Notes: a model not told the origin generated them from the letters alone. DNA of 64,000 bases from Balanoglossus misakiensis (GCA_040954595.2 CM082584.2:2263344-2327343); one strand, 5' to 3'. Positions 1 through 12,932 are shown, counted from the first letter of the stretch. Made by a program: numbers and translations.

Positions 1-2
1 TC

Positions 3-1760
3 ATTCTGTATCATTTGACACCTGCTTCTCTTCAATACATTATCTTTGTAATGAGGGTCATTCTCATATCGTTGAATACTCTGTGTCTTCTTTGATTCAC
101 GAAAGTTTACGTCTTGGTGATATTTTTGAGATAGTTGTTTGGACATTTCTGCTTTATGTGCTTCCCGAAAATCAGGATTCTGTTCATAATTCACTCTTAC
201 ACGTGCCTTCTTTGCCTCCCGAACAGTAGGATTTTCTTCGTAATTTAATCTTACACGTGCTTTCTTTGCCTCCCGAAAATCAGGATTTTCTTGGTAATTC
301 TCTCTTACGTGTGCTTTCTTTGCCTCCCTAAAATCAGGATTTTGTTCATATTTCACTCTGATCTGTGTCTTTTTGGTCTCCCGGTAGTTGGCACTTTGTT
401 TATATAAATCTTTCATTTTTTGTTTCTTACTTTCTCGGATCTGATGATAATGCTGTCTACTTTTCAACTTTTTCGTCTCTCTATATTGAGTATTACTGTT
501 ATACAATTCATATTTGGATATTGCCCTGCAGCTCTTTGCAGTAGTCTCAGTACATTCATATTTTTCTTTTCTAATTTTCTTTCGCAATCGTTCACTCATT
601 GCTGGTCTCTTACCTCTTCCTTTTGTAACACTTTCAGTTTCATCACTTAAGTGGAAATTTCCTTTCTTGTCCAATGGACTCTTTAGTGGAACAAAACTGC
701 CACTATCTGCCTCATTGTGGAATTCATTAGTCATACCTTCACTTGAGACAAGTTCATCACATTCAATGTGTGTATAGTCAGATGTTACCATCTCACGTGT
801 CTTTACACTCTTGACAATTTCAAAATGATCTCTGTTGCGATGGTTCAGGTATATACCTACACCTTTATCAACATTACTTTTATTAATTGCATTACAATAA
901 TGTCTTAGCCATATTCCAGAACTATACACATAGATGTTAGTTTGTAAGAGATCGGCAGCGGCCAAGATCTCATTTTCGGAACCCCAGATTGTTAGGCAAT
1001 TCATTCTAGACTTTGCAATATAATCAGCAACTGATGTATATCCTTGGTCTTGGTCCAGCCAACCAAAATATGCACTGTCATTTGCAATCATGTGGTTTAC
1101 AATGGCCTTTCGCATTACAGCATGGTTACGTTCACTGCCACTAATGGCATACGACAAAGCTCTAAACAAACAATTACCATCACCGATAATAGACTTCATA
1201 TTGCATGGTTCACCAATTTCAACACTACGAATTTCATCGAGCATTTCAACTTTATTTCCATATTTTATGTTAAGCTTACAGCATAACTCTTGGCATATGG
1301 TGGTGGTTACAGGACAGAAAACAAATTCATTCGGGGTAACATTCTGAATAATACATTCATTGTCATTTCTCTTGTGTGCAATATCAACTGCTTTCTCAAT
1401 CTGTAAATTTCCATTAACACAAGTGACAATGTCACCATTTGCAGGTACCCTAGAATCATTGGTTCCCCGAAGGGAAGTTTCAAAGTTTTGATCCTTCAAA
1501 CACCGAAGGCTGGCACCCCGAAGGGTATTGTCGCTGAGATTATAGAGGGCAGCATCCTCTTTGATTACGTCGCTGTTTTTTGAGAGGGCAGCATCCTCTG
1601 TCATATCGAAGCTGTTTTTTGAGAGGGCAGCATCCTCTGTCATATCGAAGCTGTTTTTTGAGAGGGCAGCATCCTCTGTCATATCGAAGCTGTTTTTTGA
1701 GAGGGCAGCATCCTCTTTCATCTGACTCCTCTTCTTCCTCCAGTTCCTAGAGCGTGGCAT
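3..1760 (-). CDS. Helentron/Helitron2-type protein, N-terminal part: OTU-like cysteine protease domain followed by charged ~20-aa repeats; runs off the window edge
   Basis: Not in the ORF track, consistent with no stop before base 1. ATG at 1760 follows the acceptor ttgatttcag and reads MPRSRNWRKKR. The same frame (spot-checked at 1184 and 275) gives IIGDGNCLFRALSYAISGSERNH...IWGSENEILAAADLLQTNIYVY...IYLNHRNRDHFEIV (OTU C/H motifs, ~810-1220) and repeats such as NYQENPDFREAKKARVR (~60-400). OTU plus charged repeats upstream of Rep/Hel is known for animal Helentrons; Rep/Hel itself is outside the window. Confidence 0.75.
   Translation of the reverse strand, partial: MPRSRNWRKKRSQMKEDAALSKNSFDMTEDAALSKNSFDMTEDAALSKNSFDMTEDAALSKNSDVIKEDAALYNLSDNTLRGASLRCLKDQNFETSLRGTNDSRVPANGDIVTCVNGNLQIEKAVDIAHKRNDNECIIQNVTPNEFVFCPVTTTICQELCCKLNIKYGNKVEMLDEIRSVEIGEPCNMKSIIGDGNCLFRALSYAISGSERNHAVMRKAIVNHMIANDSAYFGWLDQDQGYTSVADYIAKSRMNCLTIWGSENEILAAADLLQTNIYVYSSGIWLRHYCNAINKSNVDKGVGIYLNHRNRDHFEIVKSVKTREMVTSDYTHIECDELVSSEGMTNEFHNEADSGSFVPLKSPLDKKGNFHLSDETESVTKGRGKRPAMSERLRKKIRKEKYECTETTAKSCRAISKYELYNSNTQYRETKKLKSRQHYHQIRESKKQKMKDLYKQSANYRETKKTQIRVKYEQNPDFREAKKAHVRENYQENPDFREAKKARVRLNYEENPTVREAKKARVRVNYEQNPDFREAHKAEMSKQLSQKYHQDVNFRESKKTQSIQRYENDPHYKDNVLKRSRCQMIQN
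1545..1722 (-). repeat. 39-bp in-frame coding tandem repeat (~4.5 copies; KNSFDMTEDAALS)
   Basis: gagagggcagcatcctctgtcatatcgaagctgtttttt repeated directly. Confidence 0.95.
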
Positions 1761-3018
1761 CTGAAATCAATAAATACATAACTGTTAACATTTTAATGTC
1801 CGGGACTATTGTACAGACCAGAATGCCAGAATAAAATGTGGTGATAGCTTCACTGTAGAGGTATAGGCCTATGGGTAGGTCAAGGTCACGGATAAACCTG
1901 TTGACATGGTCCACAACCTTGAAATTTGGCATGTGGGATCCTGACCATATACCGGTACATGTAGTGTACAAGGACTGTCAACAGATTTTTTATTCCACAT
2001 TTTAATATAAATAAGGTCCATATGAAAATTCCAATCAAAGCTGACAATTACAGTGAGTAATTAAAAATTCAAGAGTGTTATGCATGAAATTACATAGGCC
2101 CACATAATTGTGCCAAGTTTGAGATTCATAGATTCAGCCGATCACACTTTCTTCTCATTTACCTTTTTGAAATATTTGTTTGCAATCTGGGTAAGACAAG
2201 TAGACATTTCTGTAGAAACTATTCCAACATATGTTGACTTCATGCACATAGAATAAAGTCAAAGTAGTAAGACAGCATGTGCCATTCTCAAACAAAACTA
2301 TAGACATTTTTTTCACACAGGACGTGATTAAAGAAATTTAGCTCAGCAAAAATTTCCCACTCAAATTATGGCATTTGTTGTATTTACACATAGTGACTGT
2401 ACATTTCAAGGCAATTGGACACTTGGATACTAAGAGGGTTTAATTATATACCCAAATTTCACAATTTCCAAAAACTATACTAAGGCCAAACATGCATATA
2501 AAATTTAAACACATTTGCACTAGTTATTTAACAGAACACTTGTGTTGACACATGACAGACAACCTATGAACAATTGTCTTATCTGATAAGCTCTGTGTCA
2601 GAGCAGAGTTATGACAAGTAACCTGCAATGAATCACATGCAGAACTGTACTGCAGTGCATTATGCTGAAGGTCTCTTCACATGGCAGACACACTTACCTT
2701 GGGATATCTTTGGTTATACAAAACTGCAAGAAAGCAAATAATATAAATTATCATTACTGGTTATAGGTGTACATGTTTGCCACTGAATCCAACAGAATAC
2801 ATGCATATTATTTCTGCATAAAATCCAGTTCATCTATTTCCATCAGGCATTTCCTCTTTATCTTCACTAAACATAACGGACTACAGTATATGCGCCAATA
2901 CAATCAAAGCAAACACATACAACCACATACAAAAAGATAAAAGACAGTGCCAGATATAACATCATAAAGGAGTCATTGAAATTACCACCCTTATAACATG
3001 AGAATCTTTACAGTATAA

Positions 3019-3732
3019 GGGACCGTTCAGTTTTTACGGCCAGGGGGGGGGGGGCAAGTTTGTGTCATCGATTTTCAAAATCAGGCCGACCCCCCCCTTC
3101 ACCAAGGACCAAAAAATGATGACCCCCCTTTGACAGACCCAAAAATATGATGACCCCCCCCATGCCGAAAACATGAACCTATGTACACTGTATGCAATAA
3201 ATGGAATGAGGCTCCTCTCGCCTCAATTAGACATTAAATTAAATGAACAAACTAAAATGACAATCCAATACAATAGTTGGTAGAATTGGTAAAAAAAGAA
3301 AAGTGGCGGGGGTGTCCCCCTCCCACATAAGAAAATTTGGTAAAATACAGTGCTCAAAGTTGCATTTTAATGAACTCAAAAGCAAATTAACTTAATGTTA
3401 GGGAGGACAAATTTTAATTTTGCCCCTCCACTCAAAAGAAGCATCGGGGTAGGGTGGGAAGAAGTCTACCCTGTACACTAGACAAACCAGCGAATAAATG
3501 CAATGTGGGGGAGAATGGAGGGGGTTAGTGTCCCCCTCCCACATTAGAAAATTTTGTAAAATAAAGGGCGTGAAACTGCAATTTTGTGTACTCAAAAGTT
3601 CGGTGGCAAAAGTATGTGACCCCCCTAAACATTTAAAAAAACAGATGACCCCCCCCCCCCTCTTGGACTTAAGTCACCCCCCTGGATTTTGATACCCCCC
3701 CCCCCCCCCGGCCGTAAAAACTGAACGGTCCC
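3019..3732. mobile_element. MITE with GG termini and TAA target-site duplication (Zator or PIF/Harbinger type)
   Basis: TIRs gggaccgttcagtttttacggcc(G-run) / (C-run)ggccgtaaaaactgaacggtccc, flanked by TAA at 3016-3018 and 3733-3735. Confidence 0.9.
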
Positions 3733-4611
3733 TAAGTGATCCCATTCCCCATCGTCACACTTTACATTCAAACACCTTTACAAAGACTGAATACTGCATA
3801 TCAAAATACATGTAAGTACATTGTTTTCTGCATACACAATAGAACCATGCATAGTGACACAAAAATCATTCAATGTACATATACAACACAGCCAATCCAG
3901 AACGGCTGACAGTGCACACCCAGACATAAACAATAGGTACATGTAGTACTAATACCTAGCCACACACACCCACTTTGATAAACTTGCACACAGACAGGAG
4001 TTCCAGACATACATGAATCAACAAAGACATGCAGACAAAGATTCAGAAAAAGATGCAAACACATGATACATAGACATACCTACACACACGCATCCACACT
4101 CTGATGAACTAGCACACAGACGGACAGGCATCAAAGAGGTGCAAAGGTCCAAACACACGCAATCACATGGTGCAATTATATACACTGTGCACAGGCTGTA
4201 TATACCAACATTCACATATGTGCCACACACTCAACTAAACTGGCACACGAACAGACATGAAACCAAGCAAAAATTAATCCTCACGTAACAGTTGCTTCTT
4301 TTGATATAGCAAAAATTTCATGTCATGCCAATGACCTGTTTTACAGTATGTCATGAACACTTCACCCTGGTGACTTTGTTGTGGTTCATTCTACTTGTGC
4401 AGCATTGTAGTCTAAATGCAACATAAGAATACCCAGCAATACTATTTGCAATCTATGCATATACCTCTAATAGACTATAGAAATGAATTATTCAATTCAC
4501 AGCTAAAACTACAATTCGTTGCTTCTTGAACATATTCCCAAGGTTTAATATAACTGCAATTTCTTCCTCAATGACACTAATATGAAATGTACAAAACTGA
4601 GAATGTGTTTA

Positions 4612-4706
4612 TTAGCTGCAATGATTGTAGCGGGTGCTGCTAGGTTGACTGGTGTGTTCGCAGCATCAGTCAACCTAGCAGCACCCGCTACAATCATTGC
4701 AGCTAA
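4612..4706. repeat. Inverted repeat, 40-bp perfect arms with ~15-nt loop
   Basis: ttagctgcaatgattgtagcgggtgctgctaggttgactg ... cagtcaacctagcagcacccgctacaatcattgcagctaa. Confidence 0.95.
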
Positions 4707-6457
4707 GGATTTCCCTTCGATTACATAGCGAACCATTTGCACAGATACTTACAGTTTTGCTGGGTTCTGTAATGTATTATTTCATCCAAAAAGCTGCACG
4801 TTTCAAGAAAGAACCAAAACAAACTCACCTGCAGACCGCATGTGGTGGTCGCGATTCTATTTTTACCCTAAGTCCCTAACCCTACTTTTTAGGCAGCTGT
4901 GTCAGCGATCGAAAAGAATCGTCAATAATTTCACACAATCGAATTAAACTTCGATGATGGCCATCAAGTACTCATAACCCAACATCTTCCCGCACAGTGT
5001 CATATATCTTTCGTGCCTTGAAACATCGGGATCGCTTATCTAAAACTAATTTTCGAAAGACGGGCTTTACAAAATAATACTCACCAGTAGTTCAGTATAG
5101 AGTGTGGCTGTAATTGGTATAGCGCCCCCAAACATTGGTATTCTGCCTTTCTTTTGTACGTCACTTCCGCCCAAGACGTTCAAATAAACGAGTTCGTTGT
5201 TACACTTGCGATGACTGTTATGTTTCAATCAACATATAATTAATTTCCCCATCGTTATCATTGCTCATTTATTATATTTTGGTGCAAACATCTAATGATA
5301 AGATCAACGTGAATGAAAATCTCTTCTCTCCATTCTTCCGTTGGTGGCGCTGAGCGGTATAGGAGCCTATATATACAGTGGGTGGGCAAATTGGCAGTTC
5401 ATGGACTTTGCACTATGTATGTGGCACTGAAACTTATTTTGGATGAACCTGACCTTATTGAATTCCAATTATTATGATCATCCCTTATTTTATGATTAAG
5501 CTACCAAAAAGGTCTGCTTTTATGATGTTCATTTCATTTATTTGAATCAGGTAAGGTTATAGAAAAATATACATGACACAGATACATGTATGCACCGTCC
5601 AAAAGGTTTTCAATACAGAAATGAGTTTAAAATATTTCTCCAGTGTATGCACTGTAGTGAATTTATATATGTACAGGCATAAACATTCAGCCTTCTGAAA
5701 CAATTGTTATTGGGCACGGAAATTGTTGTTAGTACCTGTAAAGATAGACCACAGCTGGAAGCAGTATAAATTTCTGCAAAATGACTGAAATAGTCTCGTA
5801 TTCACCTGGGTAGAACAGTGAACAACTATTCTTGAAAGAAAGTTGTCACAAATACATATTTAACGCATTTGTCACTTAATGTCATCATCATCAACAAAAG
5901 AGCTAATAATAAAAACACCAAAATAGTTGTACGAGTGAACGAGCGAAAGTTCATACCACTAATGGATGTCAAGCATATTTAAACGTTTATGAACACATGC
6001 AGGCACAATTTAATTTGGTATTTGAATAGCCTGAATAGGTATAGAAGCAAACTTTGCACTCCAATTTTCACATTGTTTCAGCGCTTTTTTAATTATATGC
6101 ACATGTCTAATATACTACACCAACAAATGCAGGTATATGTTTGATTATTGTGGACATGGGTACCAGAACAGATAAAGCCCTGGCATTTGGGGAATTTGAG
6201 CACATAATGGAGTCTTACACAATACCTCATTAATTATGCACATATTTCATTCCAAGCTAACCACAAGCTAGAGGTTGGGTTTTTGGTGGACATGGACCCG
6301 TACAGTGTCAAACTGTTTTCCCCAAATTTGGGGTGACCTCAGGTGACCTTTGACCTACTTTCCCCATATCTTGGCATCCACAGCAGATACAGCCTTGGCA
6401 TTTGCTGGTTACCATGGGAACCGCTTGTGCCCCGCCAACGCTGCTTGCAGCTTTAAT

Positions 6458-7677
6458 TCTTCTTTATTCTTCTTCTTCTTCTTCTTCCCCAAAATTCGGC
6501 CAGGTAGATCTGGAAAACCGCAGCACCTAGGGGGCTGAAACTTCATAGGGTGATAGGGGCCAATGAGAAGACGTGCAGTGGCTCGTGAATATTTAATTAG
6601 TCACGTGACCTGGCGGCCATATTGGATTTCCTGAAAATCGTTAAACGAGTCCTTCTCAAAAACTACCGGGCCGATCGAGTTCAAATTTGGTGTGCAGGTA
6701 GCCTACCTTCCGTCCATCATTTTACCCAATTGAAATCATGACGTCACACATACCGTTTTTTTTGCTACAATTGTTTTTCTGAAAAACTACTTAAAACTTT
6801 AAAAATCTTCTTCTCCAGAACCAGCGATTGCCGAGTCACGGGATTCGGGGTATGTGGTCACCTAACCTATGTCTATCAAGTTTGCGAAGCGCACTGTGAT
6901 TGGTCGATCATTATGGCGGCCATGTTGGATTTTCGGAAAACCATTGAAAAATGAAAATTTTGTTTTGTAGCCAAAATGTTGACAGCACGGAAATTCTTTT
7001 TTTGGATATGAGTCATCATATGACCGGAAGTTGTCACAATTTTTCGGGGCAATTTTCACATGACCTTTGACCCAGTTTTAAAACAACTAATTATATATGC
7101 ATATTCCCCATACCTCCTCTTGTCAAAGCACCACAGTCATGAATTTTGTGGACATGGGTACCAATGCTGCCAGGACATGACACAAATATTTTTGTAATTT
7201 TGGCAATGACCCTTGACCTATTTCTGAAACATCATTTTTCTGCATATCTAATTCCAGGCTAACCAATAGGGCTAGAGGTCTGGTTTTAGTTGGACATGGG
7301 CCACTCTGGGGTCAAAATTTGATGCCCTAATTTTGGGTGACCTTGGGTGACCTTTGATCTACTTTCCCATATCTCAGCATCCAGAGCAGTTAGAGCCCTG
7401 GCTTTTATGGGTATTGAGCACATAATGGAGTCTTACACAAGACCTCATTAATTATGTGCATACCTAATTGCAGGTGAACCAATAGGGCTAGGGGTCTGGT
7501 TTTTTGTTGGATCTAGACTAGTATGGGGTCCAATTTTTTTGCCGAAATTTGGGGTGACCTCAGGTGACCTTTGACCTACTTTCCCATATCTTGGTATCTC
7601 CAGCAGATACAGCCGTGGCATTTGCTGGTCACCATGGGAACCGCTTGTGCCCCCCCAACGCTGCTTGCAGCTTTAAT
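6458..7677 (-). mobile_element. Non-autonomous Helentron-associated element, family A copy 1
   Basis: Starts in a (ctt)n microsatellite and ends in gctgcttgcagctttaatt; near-identical to 9163-10547; its last ~130 bp match 6330-6457. Confidence 0.7.
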
Positions 7678-9162
7678 TAGGGCCCAAGCGCATACCAGCG
7701 CTTGGGCCCTATTGGTTTCGTTGGGGTTTTTCTTTCTTTCTTTCTTTCTTTATTCTTCTGTCATTTCTTTGTCGCTCTAGATCTCAGACACCACTGCAGG
7801 TACAGTTCTCAAACTTGCTACAGTGGTCAAGGTCAATGAGTAGTCGTGCATTGAACCCATGAATTTTTAATTAGTCACATGACCTGGCGGCCATCTTGGA
7901 TTTTCTGAAAAAATGCAAATCTCAGATCTCAGAAACTACAAGTCAGATCGACTTCAAATTTGGCGTGCAGGTAGACTACCTTCTGTCAAACATTTTTGTA
8001 ATTGGAAATTATGCTGTCAATGTTGCAGTTTTTTTGCTACAATTTTTTTTCTGAAATCTGGCTTAAATTTCAAAAATCTTCTTCTCCAGAACCGGTGATA
8101 ACCGAGACATGGGGTTTGGGGTATGTGGTCACCTAACTGATGTCTATCAAGTTTGCGAAGATCATTGTGATTGGTCAAAGATTATGGCGGCCATATTGGA
8201 TTTTCGAAAAACCCTAGTAAAATTTCAAAAATCTTCTTCTCGAGAACCGGCGATAACCGAGTCACAAGATTTTGTGTGTGTGGTCATTCAACAGATGTCT
8301 ATCAAGTTTGCGAAGAGGAATGTGATTGGTCGAAGATTATGGCGGCCATATTGGATTTTGTTAAAAACGATTAAAAAGTAAAAATTCCCTTTCTAGCCTA
8401 AAAATTGATAGCACAGAAATTCTTTTTATGGATATGAATCATCATATAACAAGAATAAGCTATAAATTTTTGGTAATTTTTGCAATGACCTTTGACCTAC
8501 TTTTGACGCATCAATTTTCTGCATATCTAATTCCAGGCTAACCAATAGGGCTATAAGTTTGGTTTTTGATGTATGTGGATTTGTATGTGATCAAAAAATG
8601 TTGGTACTTTTCATGACCCCTTTGACCTTTGCTGACCTCATTAAATATGCACATACCTAATTACAGATGAAACAATAGACCTAGAGGTTTTGTTTTTGTT
8701 ATACAGGACAAGTATGGGGTCAAAATTTTTTACCCAAATTTTGGGTGACCTCTGGTGACCTTTGACCTAATTTCGCAAATCTCAGCATCCACAGCAGATA
8801 CAGCCTTGGCGTTTGGAGGTATGGGGCCATAATGAAAAGCCAAAGTTTTGGGTCACCTGTGACACCTGCTTAACTCATTATTTATGTGCATACCTAATTC
8901 CGGGCTAACCAAAAGGGGTAGAGATCTGGTTTTTGTTGGACATGGACCACTATGGGTCAAAATTTTCTGCCCAAATTGTGGGTGACCTCTGGGTGACCTT
9001 TGACCTACTTAACACTATATCAACACCAAACATAGATATAAACTTGATATTTCATGGGATAAAACACAGCATTATGTTTCTACTCATTAATTATGTGCAT
9101 ATCTAATAATCAGATCAGATAATAGAGCTTGGGCCCGGACAATGCTGCTTGCAGCTTTAATT
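7678..9162 (-). mobile_element. Non-autonomous Helentron-associated element, family B, apparently complete
   Basis: Terminal hairpin agggcccaagcgc...gcgcttgggccct (7679-7710), a (cttt)n microsatellite, an internal ~150-bp duplication (~8070-8360), subterminal IR cttgggccc at ~9128, and terminus tgctgcttgcagctttaatt. Confidence 0.75.
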
Positions 9163-10547
9163 ATTATTATTATTATTCTTCTTCTTCTGAGATTTTCGGC
9201 CAGGTAGATCTGGAAAACGGCAGCACCTAGGGGGCTGAAACTTGGTAGGGTGATAGGGGCCAATGAGTAGACGTGCAGTGGCTCGTGAATATTTAATTAG
9301 TCACGTGACCTGGTGGCCATATTGGATTTCCTGAAAATCGTTAAACGAGTCCTTCTCAAAAACTACTGGGCTGATTGAGTTCAAATTTGGTGTGCAGGTA
9401 GCCTACCTTCTGTCCATCATTTTACCCAATTGAAATCATGACGTCATACATACCGTTTTTTTGCTACAATTGTTTTCCTGAAAAACTACTTAAAACTTTA
9501 AAAATCTTCTTCTCCAGAACCAGCGGTTACCGAGTCTCGGGATTTGGGATATGTGGTCACCTAACCTATGTTTATCAAGTTTGCGAAGCGCACTGTGATT
9601 GGTCGATCATTATGGCGGCCATGTTGGATTTTCGGAAAACCATTGAAAAATGAAAATTCCGTTTTGTAGCCAAAATGTTGACAGCACGGAAATTCTTTTT
9701 TTGGATATGAGTCATCATATGACCGGAAGTTGTCACAATTTTTCGGGGAAATTTTCACATGACCTTTGACCCAGTTTTAAAACAACTAATTATATATGCA
9801 TATTCCCCATACCTCCTCTTGTCAAAGCACCACAGTCATGAATTTTATGGACATGGGTACCAATGCTGCCAGGACATGACACAAATATTTTGGTAATTTT
9901 GGCAATGACCCTTGACCTATTTCTGAAACATCATTTTTCTGCATATCTAATTCCAGGCTAACCAATAGGGATAGAGGTCTGGTTTTAGTTGGACATGGCC
10001 CACTCTGGGGTCAAAATTTTATGCCCAAATTTTGGGTGACCTTGGATGACCTTTGATCTACTTTCCCATGGCAATGACCCTTGACCTATTTCTGAAACAT
10101 CATTTTTCTGCATATCTAATTCCAGGCTAACCAATAGGGCTAGAGGTCTGGTTTTAGTTGGACATGGCCCACTCTGGGGTCAAAATGTTATGCCCAAATT
10201 TTGGGTGACCTTGGATGACCTTTGATCTACTTTCCCATATCTCAGCATCCACAGCAGTTAGAGTCCTGGCTTTTGGGGGGCCGATGGAGCACATATGGAG
10301 TCTTACACAAGACCTCATTAATTATGTGCATACCTAATTGCAGGCGAACCAATAGGGCTAGGGGTCTGGTTTTTTGTTGGATCTAGACTAGTATGGGGTC
10401 CAATATTTTTGCCCAAATTTGGGGTGACCTCAGGTGACCTTTGACCTACTTTCCCATATCTTGGTATCCCCAGCAGATACAGCCGTGGCATTTGCTGGTC
10501 ACCATGGGAACCGCTTGTGCCCCGCCAACGCTGCTTGCAGCTTTAAT
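9163..10547 (-). mobile_element. Non-autonomous Helentron-associated element, family A copy 2, with an internal ~169-bp duplication
   Basis: Direct repeat of 6458-7677; the segment starting ggcaatgacccttgacc occurs at both 9901 and 10070. Confidence 0.7.
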
Positions 10548-12128
10548 TTCTATTTTTTTTTTGTGAGAACTTTTAACGACATTACCATTGTAATTTTTAT
10601 CATTTTCATAAATCCAATTCATTTCAATATCTACGCTGCGTTTTTTATCTGTCGGGTATAAGAAACAAGCAGGGAAACTTGGTCATTTTTTGTTGCGGTT
10701 CACTTGGGCAAGTCTGAATACGGAGTACTCAGTAGTGAGAAAAATAAACTCGCTAAAACCGTGTCTTTCCGTCCGCATGACCAACCAAGGAGCGAAAAAG
10801 TCGTTATTTAGGCCGTAATAAAACGTTTTTGTCTCCGAGGAGTGAATAAAGAACGGTCAGATCGTTGCGGGGTAGGGAACTCTTCTTCGCACCGCTGCGG
10901 TGCAGGTAACTCGTATTTGCACCGCTGCGGTGCAAATAAGATCATTGGAGTTATGCTGCAATATAGTGCGGAAAATTTCCGACTTTTTCGAGTACACATC
11001 GTGATGTTGAATAGTTCAGGAAGGCTAGCCTTTTACCTGAAGGTGTCAACTGATGTTGGTTCGAGACCACATTTTTTTCTATTTCTTTTTTTGTGTGAAA
11101 ATTTTTAACGACATTATCAGTGTAATTTACGTCATTTTCATAAAGCCAATTCATTGCAATATCAACGCTGCGTTTTTTATCTGTCGGGTATAAGAAACAT
11201 GCAGGGAAACATGGTCATATTTTTGTCGTGGTTCACTTGGGCAAGTCTGAATACGGAGTGTTCTGGAGAGAGAAAGATAAACTCGCTAAAACCCTTTTTT
11301 TCCGTCCGCATGACCAACCAAGGAGCGAAAAAGTCGTTATTTAGGCCGTAATAAAACGTTTTTTCGCCGAGGAGTGAATAAAGAACGGTCAGATCGTTGC
11401 GGTGCAGAGAACTCTTATTTGCACCGCTGCGGTGCAAATAAGATCATTGGAGTTATGCTGCAATATAGTGCGGAAAATTTCCGACTTTTTCGAGTACACA
11501 TCGTGATGGCGAATGGTTCAGGAAGGCTAGCCTTTTACCTGAAGGTGTCAACTGATGTCCGTTCGTGACCACTTTTTTTTCTATTTTTTTTTTGTGAGAA
11601 CTTTTAACGACATTACCATTGTAATTTTTATCATTTTCATAAATCCAATTCATTTCAATATCTACGCTGCGTTTTTTATCTGTCGGGTACAAGAAACATG
11701 CAGGGAAACTTGGTAATTTTTTGTCGTGGTTCACTTGGGCAAGTCTGAATACGGAGTGCTCAGCAGAGAGAAAAATAAACTCGCTAAAACCGTGTCTTTC
11801 CGTCCGCATGACCAACCAAGGAGCGAAAAAGTCGTTATTTAGGCCGTAATAAAACATTTTTGTCGCCGAGGAGTGAATAAAGAACGGTCAGATCGTTGCG
11901 GGGTAGGAAACTCTTATTCGCACCGCTGCGGTGCAGGGAACTCGTATATGCATCGCTGCGGTGCAAATAAGATCATTGGAGTAATGCTGCAATATATTGC
12001 GGAAAATTTCCGACTTTTTCGAGTACACATCGTGATGGCGAATGGTTTCAGGAAGGCTAGCCTTTTTACCTGAAGGTGTCAACTGATCTTGGTTCGAGAC
12101 CACTTTTTTTCTATTTTTTGTGTGTGAG
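10548..12128. repeat. Tandem array of three ~500-550-bp units with internal 30-bp palindromic subrepeats
   Basis: Unit start ttttctatttttttttgtg recurs at ~10548, ~11075, ~11577 and ~12107; the gcaccgctgcggtgc subrepeat varies in copy number. Confidence 0.9.
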
Positions 12129-12932
12129 AACAACACACCCTACTCATGCTAAGTTGTTACCAATTCCAGTTTCAGGACCCTGGGACCGACTGGGTATGGA
12201 TATTGTGGGACCCCTCCCTAGAACTTATGATGGTCATAAATACATCTTAGTACTTACTCATTACTTTACTTCTTAGTACTTACTCATTACTTTACAAAGT
12301 TTTCATTAGCATATCCATTACGTAATGCACGAGCTGAGACAGTTGCTAAGATCTTGTTTGATGAAGTAATTGCTACTTATGGAAGCCCCAGAGTTTTGCT
12401 GAGTAATGAGGGATCGATTTTTTTTATCCCAGGTAGTTCACGAAACCTGCAAATATTTCAACATTCTGAGTAAAGTTTCTACCCCTTATCGTCCACAGAC
12501 CAATGGCCTTACAGAACGTTTCAATGGTTGCCTAGTCGACATGCTGTCCATGTTTGTCGATAATAAACAGAAAGATTGGTATCGGTACCTAAGTTCAGTG
12601 CTTTTCGCGTATAGAGTTAGTCCTCAAGAGTCCAGTGGGTTCAGCCCGTATTATGTGTTATAAGGTCGGCATCCCACATTGCCCATGGATGTTGAATTCC
12701 AGCTAGTTGAGGGGAGGACAAGAAATATAGATACACACCTTAAACATTTAGCTGCTAAGAGGGAGATAGCTCATAAAATCGCCAAAGAGAATACAGATCG
12801 ATATCAACAGAATATGAAGGACCGTTATGATAAAAATATCCAACGGTCGCAAAATCTTAAAGTGGGGGATCCTGTATATTTATACACACCTCCTGTTAAA
12901 CCAGCAGTTAATAAGACATTCGTACATAAGTG
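12129..12932 (+). pseudogene. Ty3/Gypsy integrase fragment, duplicate of ~16780-17544
   Basis: GPWDRLGMDIVGPLP, TPYRPQTNGLTERFN and VLFAYR motifs; frameshifts, a stop, and a ~25-bp tandem duplication at ~12246-12294. Confidence 0.9.

Larger units (their letters stand above)
1..6457 (-). mobile_element. 5' portion of a putative autonomous Helentron/Helitron2 element
   Basis: Contains the OTU ORF. Ends at ...ccaacgctgcttgcagctttaatt (mini-hairpin gctgc-tt-gcagc), the same terminus as the neighbouring non-autonomous copies. Candidate minus-strand 5'UTR donors at ~5083, ~4828 and ~2697; ETS-like cacttccgc at 5162. Confidence 0.55.

Noticed and set aside
3870-4260. Cys/Val-rich minus-strand ORFs
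   Set aside because: They come from CA-rich low-complexity sequence with no domain signal.
6350-12136. Short ORFs in the Helentron-like elements and the 520-bp repeats
   Set aside because: Repeat-derived, and frames are not conserved between copies.
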